The notes under the pieces are model-generated. The model saw only the letters and a program-made list of their open reading frames with translations, ran no database searches and was not told the DNA's origin. DNA of 64,000 nucleotides from an uncultured Pseudomonadota bacterium (lineage in GTDB: Bacteria > Myxococcota_A > Polyangia > Fen-1088), in contig CAWKBC010000027.1 in assembly GCA_963847705.1 (NCBI GenBank), forward strand, positions 256,001-320,000, written 5' to 3'. Both the position numbers and the translations under genes were made by a program. Positions 40,108 to 50,707 of the stretch are shown in pieces. Position 1 is the first letter of the stretch. Each line of letters opens with the position of its first letter.

Positions 40108-42567
40108 TCACTGGCAGGCCTCGCAGCTCTCGGGGTTCTCCAGCGAGCAGGTCACGGCGGCCGCGTCGGCGCTGGCCACTGTCGGCTCCGCGACGGTCGC
40201 CTTGGCGATCCGGGTCGCCGGTCGGGACCGCAGGTAGTACGTCGTCTTCAGCCCCTGCTTCCAGGCATGGAAGTACATCGACGACAGCTGCCCGATGTTC
40301 GGGCTCTCCGCGAAGAGGTTCAGCGACTGGCTCTGATCGATGAAGGCGCCGCGCTCGGCGGCCATGTCGATGAGCGAACGCATCGGGACCTCCCAGACGG
40401 TGCGGTAGATGGTCCGCAGCTCCTCCGGCAGCTCGGGCAGCGGCTGGACCGAGCCCTCGGCCATCTTGAGGCTGGCGCGCGTGCTCTCGGTCCAGAGGCC
40501 GAGCGGCTTCAGCTCGGCGACCAGGTAGCGGTTGACCTGCAGGAAGTCTCCCGACAGCGTCTCGCGCTTGAACAGGTTCGACACCTGCGGCTCGATGCAC
40601 TCGTAGCAGCCGGCGATCGAGGCGATGGTGGCGGTCGGCGCGACCGCCACCAGCAGCGAGTTGCGCAGGCCCACCTCACGCACCCGCGCCCGCAGCGCCT
40701 CCCAGCGCGATCCATCCGTCGGCGTGACGCCCCAGGCGTCGAACTGCAGCTCGCCGCGTGCGGCACGGGTTTCTTCGAAGGCGGGGTGGCGACCCCTGGC
40801 GACGGCGAGGTCCGCCGAGGCGCCGAGGGCGTGAAAGTAGATCTCCTCCGCGATCTGCCTCGACAGCGCCCGGGCCTCGGGCGCGTCGAAGGCCAGACGC
40901 AGCTGGAAGAAGACGTCCTGCAGCCCCATGACGCCCAGGCCCACCGGGCGCCAGCGGAGGTTCGAGACCTGCGTGCTGGGGATCGGGTAGTGGTTGAGGT
41001 CGATCACCTGATCGAGCTGCCGCACGGCGGTCCGAACGGTTCGCGCCAGCTTCTCGAAGTCGAACGAGAGGCCGCCCTCCGCCGAGCGGACCGTGTGCCG
41101 TCCGAGGTTGATCGACCCGAGGTTGCAGACCGCCGTCTCGCTGCCCGACGTCACCTCGATGATCTCGGTGCAGAGGTTGGAGAGGTGAACGGTCCGGCCG
41201 GGCAGGGCGGTCTGGTTGCAGGCGCGGTTCGACTTGTCCTTGAAGGTCATCCAGCCGTTGCCGGTCTGCGCGAGCGACCGCATCATCCGCGCGTAGAGCT
41301 CGCGCGCCTTGACGGTCTTCGCCGCGAGCCCAGCCGCCTCCGCCGCCGTGTAGGCGCGCTCGAACGCCTCGCCATAGAGGTCCGGAAAGGTCGGGACCAC
41401 CTTCGGATCGAACAGGCTCCAATCGGCGTCCGCCTCGATCCGCTTCATGAACAGATCGGGGATCCAGTTGGCGAGGTTGAGGTTGTGCGTGCGGCTCGCT
41501 TCGTCGCCGGTGTTCTCGCGCATGGCCAGGAAGTCCTCGACGTCGGCGTGCCACGGCTCGAGATAGACGCAGCAGGCGCCCTTGCGCTTGCCGCCCTGGT
41601 TCACGGCCGCCACCGAGGCGTCCAGCGTCTTCAGCCAGGGGACGATCCCGTTCGAGCTCCCGTTGGTGCTCTCGATGAGAGAGCCGCGCGAGCGCACCCG
41701 GTGGTAGGCGAGCCCGATGCCGCCGGAGAACTTGGAGAGCATCGCCGCATCGGCGTACTTCTGGTAGATGCCGGCCAGGTGATCCTCGGGTGAGTCGAGG
41801 AGAAAGCAGCTCGAGAGCTGCTCGTGGCGGGTCCCGGCGTTGAACATCGTCGGCGAGCTGGGCAGGTACTCGAGCGTCGAGAAGAGGCGATAGAGCTCCA
41901 GCGCCTCGGCGACGTTCTCCGACAGCGCGCAGGCGATGCGCAGGAAGAACTGCTGCGGCGTCTCGATGACCAGGCGGTTCTTCGGGTGCCGCAAGAGGTA
42001 GCGATCGTAGACGGTGCGAAGGCCGAAGTACTCGAACTCCCGGTCGCGCTCGACGGCGATCGTGTCGTTCAGCTTGCGCGCGTTGTTGGTGACGAAGGTG
42101 GCCAGGCGATCGTTGGCCAGCCCCAGCCTCTGCGCGGTGAGGACCGACTGCGAGAAGGCGTGGATCTCCTGACCGCGGACCTCCTTGTCGATGTAGGTCC
42201 CGAGGAGCCGCGCCGCCAGCTTGGCGTACTGTGGCTCCTCGAAGATGAGGCCCGCCGCCGTCTGGATCGAGAGCTGGTCGAGCTCGCGCGTGGTCGCCCC
42301 GTCGTAGAGGCCGCTGATGGTCTTGGTCGCGACCCGCAGCGCATCCACGTCGGTGAGACCGACGCAGGAGCGGCCGACCGCGCGGACGATCTTGTTCACG
42401 TCGACGGGCTCGGCCGAGCCGTTGCGCTTGCGAACCCGCATCGTCGTCTGCGGATAACCCTCCTCGGAGGGGGCGCGCGTCCGGGCGGGCGCGGCACCGC
42501 CGTTCTTGGTCGCATTGGTCGCCGTCGTCGGCGTGGTCGTTCCTTGGATCTCCGTCTCGGTCAGCAT
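40108..42567 (-). CDS. nrdA: Class I ribonucleotide reductase large subunit with ATP cone
   Basis: VRKRNG ATP cone, SSCF, NLCTE, CNLGS, APTAT, TTYYLR, C-terminal CEACQ. Confidence 0.96.
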   Translation of the reverse strand: MLTETEIQGTTTPTTATNATKNGGAAPARTRAPSEEGYPQTTMRVRKRNGSAEPVDVNKIVRAVGRSCVGLTDVDALRVATKTISGLYDGATTRELDQLSIQTAAGLIFEEPQYAKLAARLLGTYIDKEVRGQEIHAFSQSVLTAQRLGLANDRLATFVTNNARKLNDTIAVERDREFEYFGLRTVYDRYLLRHPKNRLVIETPQQFFLRIACALSENVAEALELYRLFSTLEYLPSSPTMFNAGTRHEQLSSCFLLDSPEDHLAGIYQKYADAAMLSKFSGGIGLAYHRVRSRGSLIESTNGSSNGIVPWLKTLDASVAAVNQGGKRKGACCVYLEPWHADVEDFLAMRENTGDEASRTHNLNLANWIPDLFMKRIEADADWSLFDPKVVPTFPDLYGEAFERAYTAAEAAGLAAKTVKARELYARMMRSLAQTGNGWMTFKDKSNRACNQTALPGRTVHLSNLCTEIIEVTSGSETAVCNLGSINLGRHTVRSAEGGLSFDFEKLARTVRTAVRQLDQVIDLNHYPIPSTQVSNLRWRPVGLGVMGLQDVFFQLRLAFDAPEARALSRQIAEEIYFHALGASADLAVARGRHPAFEETRAARGELQFDAWGVTPTDGSRWEALRARVREVGLRNSLLVAVAPTATIASIAGCYECIEPQVSNLFKRETLSGDFLQVNRYLVAELKPLGLWTESTRASLKMAEGSVQPLPELPEELRTIYRTVWEVPMRSLIDMAAERGAFIDQSQSLNLFAESPNIGQLSSMYFHAWKQGLKTTYYLRSRPATRIAKATVAEPTVASADAAAVTCSLENPESCEACQ

Positions 42568-42729
42568 CGGTCTCTCCTCGTCTCGCCCCCTCGGGCGTGA
42601 AGGACGCCGCGCAGCAGGACGGGAGAACCGGGAGAGCGCTGCCACGAACGACGGCTGGCGCCGGCACGGACCCACCCGCCTCCCGCGAGGCTCCAGGTCG
42701 AACCGCCGCCGGATTTCTCCCGGCGCCGG

Positions 42730-42915
42730 ATGCTGGCAGGTCTTCGGGCTCGCGAGCGTGAAGGAGTTACCCGACGCCTACTCTCCACCGCTTCCCAGCC
42801 CGAAGGGCCAGTGCGCGTCGTGGATTTCGTTCTCGCTTACCGCTGCGGGGCAGCCCCGGATTCCAACCGGGTTCCCTTTAGCTCGGGAGACATTCCCGAG
42901 CACCAGCATGAACGC
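42730..42915 (-). ncRNA. Cobalamin riboswitch in the nrdAB leader
   Basis: Minus strand: GGTG..AAAGGGAACCCGGTTGGAATCCGGGGCTGCCCCGCAGCGGTAA...CACTGG...GGGAAG...GAGCCCGAAGACCTGCC (B12 box). Confidence 0.93.
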
Positions 42916-42940
42916 AACGTACTGCACTGTATCGTCACGG

Positions 42941-42988
42941 TCAATGGATATTGTGGTCTCAAGGTGCGTTACCTACCGCATATAGGGT
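42941..42988 (-). promoter_or_regulatory. Tandem NrdR boxes
   Basis: ACCCTATATGCGGTAG (42988-42973) and CCACAATATCCATTGA (42956-42941), 32 bp apart; consensus acaCwAtATaTwGtg. Confidence 0.72.
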
Positions 42989-42989
42989 A

Positions 42990-43500
42990 CGGCTGGGCGA
43001 TACCGGCCCGCGGCGGCCGCTTGGCGAGAGTCCCCGCGAAGGTGCTCGGGGAGCGCCGGTGGGTCCGTTGCGACCTCGCGGCGGACCTCCGCCGGATTCT
43101 TGTCGGGCCGCAGACCCTGATACGAGGGGTGGCGGATGTGGCCGTGGTGCGTCCACTCCATGAAGGCCACCTCGCAGACCATGCGCTCTTCCAGCCAGAG
43201 TGCGTCCCGGACCCGGAAGCCGGTCGATAATCCCACCTCGAAGGGCGTGGTCGCGCGTTCGAGCTTCTCGAAGGCGGTCAGAGCTCGCGCGCGTCCCGCT
43301 GGAACCCGGTGCCGACCTTCCCGGCGAAGACCAGTCGACCCGCAGCGTCGTGGTGGCCGAGCCAGAGGGCGCCCAAGCCGCCGGTGGTCGAGCGCTCCTA
43401 CCCGCCCAGCACGAACTCCTGCCGGAGAACGCACTTCACCTTCTGCCAGGAGCTGTTCCGGGCGCCTGGGCGAAGACGTCCGTCGCCGCCGTCTTTGCCG
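42990..43500 (-). pseudogene. ligD: LigD ATP-dependent ligase C-terminal remnant
   Basis: WQKVKCVLRQEFVLGG*...GALWLG...FAGKVGTGF, frameshift, then VCEVAFMEWTHHGHIRHPSYQGLRPDK. Confidence 0.8.
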
Positions 43501-43605
43501 CTTGTCGGCCCGCGCGCCCGTCTTAGCTTCAGCGCCGATGACGATCACAGAACCTGGATGGCTGCTGCGCTGGACCGCTCTTGTCATCGCCGGCGCGACC
43601 GGTGT

Positions 43606-43750
43606 CCCGGTCTTCGCCCTCGACCGTCAGCTCGACCTGCCGACCGGCACGAACAGAGACGAGGTGCTCTCCGCCCTGAAGGGACACGTGCTGGCGCGGG
43701 GCGAGCTCCTCGGCATCTTCAAACGGCCAGAGTCGCCCGCCCGCCCGTGA
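43606..43750 (+). pseudogene. YbhB/YbcL (PEBP) C-terminal remnant
   Basis: VFALDRQLDLPTGTNRDEVLSALKGHVLARGELLGIF with no N-terminal part. Confidence 0.65.
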
Positions 43751-46119
43751 GCTGCTGGTTCGGTGGCGCCGCCACGTTGGTGGCCGTCGCGCTGACGGCG
43801 GGGGAGGCGACGGCACAGGTGCCACCGGTCGCCCGCGCCGCGTCGCTGCGTCCGGAGGCGCCCACGGAGATCCTCTTTCACGCCGATCTCGACGGCCGCT
43901 TCGCGCCGGTTTGCGGCCAGCCGCCCACGGCGGTCGACTACGCCGGCCTGCTGGCCAGCATCGACGCGCGGCGGGCCGCCGCCCTGGCCAGCGACGCGCC
44001 CGCGCCCGTGGTCCTGCTGGGCGGAAACTGGGCGGGGCCCGATCCCCTGACCAACGAGATCCTCTCCGGCGGCGCGGCCGGCGCACGCACGCTGGCCGAC
44101 CTGCTCGGCCGCGGTCAGTACGACGCCATCGCCGTCGGACACCAGGAGCTGTCACTCGCTCCGGCGCTGTTCGACGAGCTCCTGCCGGCGCTGGCGCGCG
44201 CTGGCCGGCCGCTGGTCGCCAGCAACCTGACCTGCGACGCACGCCGGCCGGCCTGCGCCGCGATCAAACGCGAGCTCCTGGTGCGCCGTCCAGGCGCGGT
44301 GGTGGGCGTGCTGGCCGTCGTCTCGCCGTCCGTGATCACCGGAATCGCGCCCGGGCGCATGGCCGGGCTGGGCCTCGGCGATCCCGTGGCCGCCGTGCGG
44401 GAGGGGGTCAAGCGGCTGCGGGCGGCCGGCGCCACCCGGGTGGTCGTGCTGACCGACGGGCCGCGCGACACGCGCGCGCTCGAAGAGACCGACGCCCTCC
44501 AGCGCCATCTGGGCGCGCCGGACGCGCCCGATCTGTTGCTCGCGGCCGGCCTGGCCGACGAGGAGACCGGCCGCCCGATGCGGCTGCTCCGGCGGGAGGG
44601 AGCCCCGCCCGCGGTCGGCTCCGCGCTCGGCGCGGGCGCGCTCACGGTGGTCGAGCTCACCGGCGCCGACCTGTCCGCGGACGTCGTCCCGACGGTGCCG
44701 GGTGCGCGCGATCCCGAGCTCGAGCGGCTGACCGCCAGCGCCGCCGCCGTCACCTGCGCCCGCGCCGCGCAGCCGCTCGCCCCCGCCCCGGTCAAGGGGC
44801 CGCTCACCCGGGACGACTTTCGGAACTTCGTCCTCGAGGTGATGCGCCGCCGCGCCGGCGCCGAGATCGCCCTCATCAACGCGCCGTTCGTGAAACGGGC
44901 GCCGTTCCCGATCACCGGAACGCTGACCCGCGGCGATCTCGAGCGCGCGCTCCCTTACCGCGCGGTCATCGGGGCCGCGCGCGTGCCGGGACCGGTGGTC
45001 GAGTCGCTGCTCGGCCCCGCGCTCGGCAACGCCAAGCTGGCCGTGGTCGGCCTGGCCAAAGGCGCCGGCGGGCTCCAGGTCAACGGGCGGGCGCTCGACA
45101 AGGCGCGCGAGTACCGCGTCGCCACCATCGCCTTCGTCGCCGAGGGGGGCGACGGCATCTTCGCGCCGCGCGCGCTGCCCTTCGCGCCGCTCCCCGGTGC
45201 CCCGGACCTGCGCGATGCGGTGGCGGCCTTCTTCGCCCACGACACCGCCGCCGAGGACGGCGATCCGACGGTCAACGCCAAGACCGACTTCGGCCGACCG
45301 CCCGCCGACCGCCCGCTGCTGGTGGCGCTGGCCGACGGCGAGTTCGATCTCTCCAGCACGTCGATCTCCAACGGCCCGGCCTACGGCGATCCGCAGCTGA
45401 CGCGCGCCGAGCAGACCTTGCTCAAGGGGGAGGCGACGCTGGTGACGCAGCTGCGCCAGCCGGTCCACGAGGCGGACGGCCGTCTGGATCTGCAGTACGG
45501 CTGGTCGCGCAACAAGCCGCCCGGCATGCTGGAGGTGTCCGGCGAGACCGTCGATCTCATCACCGGCATCGTCAGTTACAGCTACAAGGGGCTGCACGAC
45601 TGGCGGCGCGTTCCGAGGCCCTTCATCCCCGATCCGTACGCGCGCGTCTGGCTGGAGTCCGAGTTCACCCGCCCCGAGGTGACGCCCACCCAGACCCGCA
45701 CCTATCATCACCTGCAGCTGACCAACACCGTCGGCGCGCAGTTCACGCTCACGCCGCGCCTCAGGCTGCGGGCCGGTGCCGGCGTCCAGAGCGAGCTGCT
45801 CGCGCCGCCCCCCTACGGCGGTTGGCACGGGGTCATCGAGGCGGGCGGGACGCTCGACCCGACCGCCATCGCCACGGTCGGCGCGCTGGCCATCAAGCTC
45901 GAGGGCCTGTTCGACTACGACTTCGTCGACCCGACCGGGACCCGGCAACACCAGCTGCGCGCCAGCGGCAAGCTGTCGGTTCCGCTGCTGCCGGCGCTGT
46001 TCTTGACCGTCGGTCTCGAGGTCTTCGCGGTGGAGCGGCAGGAGCTCGGCTGGGCCGCCTCCTACGACACGACGATCGGCCTGCGCCTCCACACCGACGT
46101 CGCGCACCAGGTGCTCTGA
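43747..46119 (+). CDS. Exported 5'-nucleotidase-like protein (degenerate active site) fused to a probable C-terminal beta-barrel
   Basis: Signal peptide; metallophosphoesterase-like and 5'-NT C-terminal motifs (AEIALIN, G.LT.GD...ALPY, YRVAT..FVAEGGDG); amphipathic strands in the last ~270 aa. Confidence 0.72.
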   Translation: MSCWFGGAATLVAVALTAGEATAQVPPVARAASLRPEAPTEILFHADLDGRFAPVCGQPPTAVDYAGLLASIDARRAAALASDAPAPVVLLGGNWAGPDPLTNEILSGGAAGARTLADLLGRGQYDAIAVGHQELSLAPALFDELLPALARAGRPLVASNLTCDARRPACAAIKRELLVRRPGAVVGVLAVVSPSVITGIAPGRMAGLGLGDPVAAVREGVKRLRAAGATRVVVLTDGPRDTRALEETDALQRHLGAPDAPDLLLAAGLADEETGRPMRLLRREGAPPAVGSALGAGALTVVELTGADLSADVVPTVPGARDPELERLTASAAAVTCARAAQPLAPAPVKGPLTRDDFRNFVLEVMRRRAGAEIALINAPFVKRAPFPITGTLTRGDLERALPYRAVIGAARVPGPVVESLLGPALGNAKLAVVGLAKGAGGLQVNGRALDKAREYRVATIAFVAEGGDGIFAPRALPFAPLPGAPDLRDAVAAFFAHDTAAEDGDPTVNAKTDFGRPPADRPLLVALADGEFDLSSTSISNGPAYGDPQLTRAEQTLLKGEATLVTQLRQPVHEADGRLDLQYGWSRNKPPGMLEVSGETVDLITGIVSYSYKGLHDWRRVPRPFIPDPYARVWLESEFTRPEVTPTQTRTYHHLQLTNTVGAQFTLTPRLRLRAGAGVQSELLAPPPYGGWHGVIEAGGTLDPTAIATVGALAIKLEGLFDYDFVDPTGTRQHQLRASGKLSVPLLPALFLTVGLEVFAVERQELGWAASYDTTIGLRLHTDVAHQVL

Positions 46120-46281
46120 CTTCGCTCCCGCTGCAGCTGCGTCGTCGCCGCGCGCTCACAAGCGCGGTGGGATGCTTGCCTTCTTGCTGCTGGGAGCGCT
46201 CGTCCTCGCAAGACGGCGGCGACACCGGGGTTGGCGCTCTGACCGCCGCGGACCGACCCTGTTCGTCGGTGACGTGGAGGT

Positions 46282-46971
46282 TCACCACGCGCTGCATTGC
46301 AGATCGGGCCGGCAGGCGGCACCGTCCTTGGCCATCGTCGCCACCGGGGCCAGCGGGGACGAGGGCGGCGCCTGGCGCACGGCGCGCGCGATCGCCTCGC
46401 CGTGTCCGCCGGAACAAAGGAACGCCCATGCCAGGCTGGCGATCGAGCGGTTCGCCGTCGTGGCGAGCGTCTTCTCGGCCTCCGCGACCACCGCCGGGTC
46501 GTCGCGGCGATCTCTCCAGCGGGCATATCGCAGCACCGCCGCCCGCGCCTCCGCGTAATCGGGATCGACGTCGGTCGGCGCGCCCTCGACCCCGAAGAGC
46601 AGCATCGGCGCTCCGTTCGGTCGGCCGGCAAAGAGGATCGCCCGGAGGCGCCCGCGCTTTTCCGCCCGCCGCCACGTCCGGTCCGGCAGATAGAACTTGA
46701 GCGGCCGTGGCAGATCGACGGCCGGGTTCCCATAAAATATCGCCGTGATCCGGGCGCCCGCCATGGCGCGGTCCCGGACGCCGGTCGGGGAGCCGCCTTC
46801 GCTCGCCTTGGCGAGACTCAGCTCCACTTCGACCGCCAGGTCGGCACAGACGGCCTTGCGCCCGAGCGAATAAGCCGGCCCAGCCTGCGCGACCATCCCC
46901 TGCGTCATCACGACGGCCACCCCGACCGCCACCCCGACGAACAACGCCAGCCTTCGCATGCCCGGCATCAT
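46282..46971 (-). CDS. Hypothetical exported protein (candidate immunity protein)
   Basis: Signal peptide MRRLALFVGVAVGVAVV; ATGA overlap with the upstream gene. Confidence 0.6.
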   Translation of the reverse strand: MMPGMRRLALFVGVAVGVAVVMTQGMVAQAGPAYSLGRKAVCADLAVEVELSLAKASEGGSPTGVRDRAMAGARITAIFYGNPAVDLPRPLKFYLPDRTWRRAEKRGRLRAILFAGRPNGAPMLLFGVEGAPTDVDPDYAEARAAVLRYARWRDRRDDPAVVAEAEKTLATTANRSIASLAWAFLCSGGHGEAIARAVRQAPPSSPLAPVATMAKDGAACRPDLQCSAW

Positions 46972-47816
46972 CCTTTGATCGGGCCGCTCGTGTGAATGAG
47001 CCCGCGTGCCGGAAGCGGGGCTGTCAGTGGCCGCAACAGGTGAAACGTTTCGCCGTCGATTGTCAGGCCATTGGGGCCGATCTGGCCGGCTGCTCTCGAG
47101 GCGACCGAAACCAGCGATGCGGCGGTCGTCGTTCCTTCCGCCAGGCCTTGCTGGTGTGCCCCCAACGAGGTGATCGTTCGAACCTGCCCCGTCGCATCGC
47201 GGGCGACGTCGGTGACGATCTCGACGTGCCCGGATTCACCGCGGCGGTCGATGGAGACGAGATCACCTGGTCGCACATCGTTCAGGTTCGCGACGCTTTG
47301 AAATGAGGCCGGGCGCGCCGCCAGCGAGTTCGCCGAGGCGTAGTGGCCCACCGAGCTCAGAGGGAAAGAGAGACCCGCACGATTGAACGCCTCGCCGACG
47401 AAGACGTTGCACTTCCAAACTCCGGCTCCGGCGTAGGGGGTCGCCGTTCCGGCCAGCGACCAGGGCGACTTTCCCGCCGCGGCGGGGGGCTCCTCGGCGA
47501 GCATCTGTCGGGCCGACGCGGCCAGCTGACGACCCTCCCCCGCGGAAATCGGGGCCGGCGCGATCGCGGCGCGCTCGACGGCTGCCTGGACGGCGACCCC
47601 GGTGTCGGACGCGAGGTCTGACGTTCGACGGTCCAGGGCGTTGACCGCGTCATAGACGCGCGCCATGGCTGCGTCGCCTGAGACCGGGCCGTTGCTTCGG
47701 CCATCGCCGCTTCGAGCGAGGGCGTCGAGGTCCGGTCCGGCCCCGCCAGCCGTCGGCTCGAGCGTTGGATCATTGTCGAACGGCGCCTCGAATCGACTTC
47801 GTGAGATTGCGTCCAT
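46968..47816 (-). CDS. NlpC/P60-CHAP-like cysteine hydrolase domain protein
   Basis: WKCNVFVGEAF..AG, RPGDLV, GHVEIV (Cys-His dyad); no signal peptide. Confidence 0.7.
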   Translation of the reverse strand: MDAISRSRFEAPFDNDPTLEPTAGGAGPDLDALARSGDGRSNGPVSGDAAMARVYDAVNALDRRTSDLASDTGVAVQAAVERAAIAPAPISAGEGRQLAASARQMLAEEPPAAAGKSPWSLAGTATPYAGAGVWKCNVFVGEAFNRAGLSFPLSSVGHYASANSLAARPASFQSVANLNDVRPGDLVSIDRRGESGHVEIVTDVARDATGQVRTITSLGAHQQGLAEGTTTAASLVSVASRAAGQIGPNGLTIDGETFHLLRPLTAPLPARGLIHTSGPIKG

Positions 47817-47943
47817 GAGCCCGTTATCGCCAGACCCACGGGACGGTTGCGGCCCGGCTCATCACAGATCGGCCGAGAGTCGGTGCACGGACCCGCCAAC
47901 CCGCGACCCTCGCCGCCGCCACCTCCAATTTATAAGGAAGGGA

Positions 47944-47962
47944 GGGTCTTGCCGCAAGGGCC
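47944..47962. promoter_or_regulatory. RAE-like 19-bp palindrome (rifamycin-associated element)
   Basis: GGGTCTTGCCGCAAGGGCC with core CTTGC-N-GCAAG, 30 bp upstream of a Rox-like gene. Confidence 0.65.
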
Positions 47963-47992
47963 GGGTGGTGGCGCAGGATCGCCGACCGAACC

Positions 47993-49522
<1,530 letters not shown>

Positions 49523-49705
49523 GCCCGGACCCGCGCCGCGCCGGTGATCTCAGCAACGCGCGTCGGATGATGCGGGGCTGGCTCGTCGTGTCCGTGCTTG
49601 TGATCCGGTCCGACGAGGAGGTGTTCCCTTGCGGCGGAGGCACCTTGCTGCGAAGTTTGGTTGCGCGGTAGCTTCGATGTCGGCACTTCAGCAGGACGGG
49701 GAGTC

Positions 49706-50635
49706 GTGAACCTGGTCTCGGTGATCGCCCAGCAGGGCCTGTTGCTGGTGTTCGCCAACGTGCTTCTGCAGCAGCTCGGTGTTCCCATCCCCGCCGAGCC
49801 GACGCTGGTCGTCGCCGGCAGTCTGGCTGCGCGCGGACTCTTGCCGTTGCCCGGCCTGGTCGGGGTGACCTGGCTGGCGGTGCTGCTCGCCGACTCGACC
49901 TGGTACTGGTTGGGCCGTCGCTACGGCAATCAGGTTCTGCGGATCGTGTGCCGGCTGGCCCTCTCCCCGGACTCCTGCGTCCAGACCACCGAGCAGACCT
50001 TCGCCCGCTGGGGCCTGAAATCGCTGGCGGTGGCCAAGTTCATCCCTGGATTCTCGATGGTGGCGCCGCCCCTGGCGGGCGCCATGCGGGTCAGGTGGTC
50101 CAGCTTCCTGTTGTTCGATCTGCTGGCGGCGGTGCTCTGGTCGTCGGTCGGGATTGGCGCCGGGCTGATCTTCTACCGGCAGGTCGATCGGGTGCTCGCC
50201 GCTCTGGCCGGCCTCGGCGGGTGGGCGCCGGTGGTCGGCGCGATCCTGCTGGCCGCCTTCGTGGCCGCGAAATGGGTTCAGCGGCGGCGCTTCTATCGCA
50301 CCCTGCGCATGGCCCGCATCTCGGTCGGCGAGCTCAAACGTCTCATCGACGCCGGCGCCAACCCCGTGGTGTTCGACGTTCGCACGGCGACCGCCCGCGA
50401 GCGCGAGCCTCAGCGGATCCCGGGCGCCGTCGCCTTCGATCTGTCCCAGGTGGACGCCGTCGTGGCCGAGCTGCCCGAGGAGCGCGAGGTCATCCTTTAT
50501 TGCAATTGCCCCAGCGAGGCGTCGGCGGCACGCATCGCGCGCCGGCTGATGGATCGCGGCGTCCGATCAGTCCGGCCGCTGGCGGGCGGCCTGCAAGCCT
50601 GGATCGACGCCGGGTTCAAGGCGGATACGGGGTGA
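49706..50635 (+). CDS. DedA/VTT + rhodanese fusion protein
   Basis: QQLGVPIPAEP, AKFIPG (DedA); DVR, IPGA, YCNCPSEAS, LAGGLQAW (rhodanese). Confidence 0.88.
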   Translation: MNLVSVIAQQGLLLVFANVLLQQLGVPIPAEPTLVVAGSLAARGLLPLPGLVGVTWLAVLLADSTWYWLGRRYGNQVLRIVCRLALSPDSCVQTTEQTFARWGLKSLAVAKFIPGFSMVAPPLAGAMRVRWSSFLLFDLLAAVLWSSVGIGAGLIFYRQVDRVLAALAGLGGWAPVVGAILLAAFVAAKWVQRRRFYRTLRMARISVGELKRLIDAGANPVVFDVRTATAREREPQRIPGAVAFDLSQVDAVVAELPEEREVILYCNCPSEASAARIARRLMDRGVRSVRPLAGGLQAWIDAGFKADTG

Positions 50636-50707
50636 GGCTCGCCTCCCGATGGTCCGTCTATCGACCGTGGAAGATGGGCGGCAGAGGGATATCGACCACC
50701 TGGCTCA

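Noticed and set aside
37515-40600. Apparent GS-NrdB or NrdB N-terminal fusions in the ORF track
   Set aside because: Upstream extensions are off-frame read-through of neighbouring genes; real starts are about 38900 and about 40051
43482-46223. 14-bp inverted repeat (AAGACGGCGGCGAC) flanking the nucleotidase-like gene as transposon ends
   Set aside because: GC-rich low-complexity match with no transposase or target duplication
43911-46700. Very long alternative-frame or antisense ORFs (also 540-2159, 50658-53216, 33396-35555)
   Set aside because: Arg/Gly/Pro-rich shadow frames expected from high GC3; they overlap genes with clear motifs
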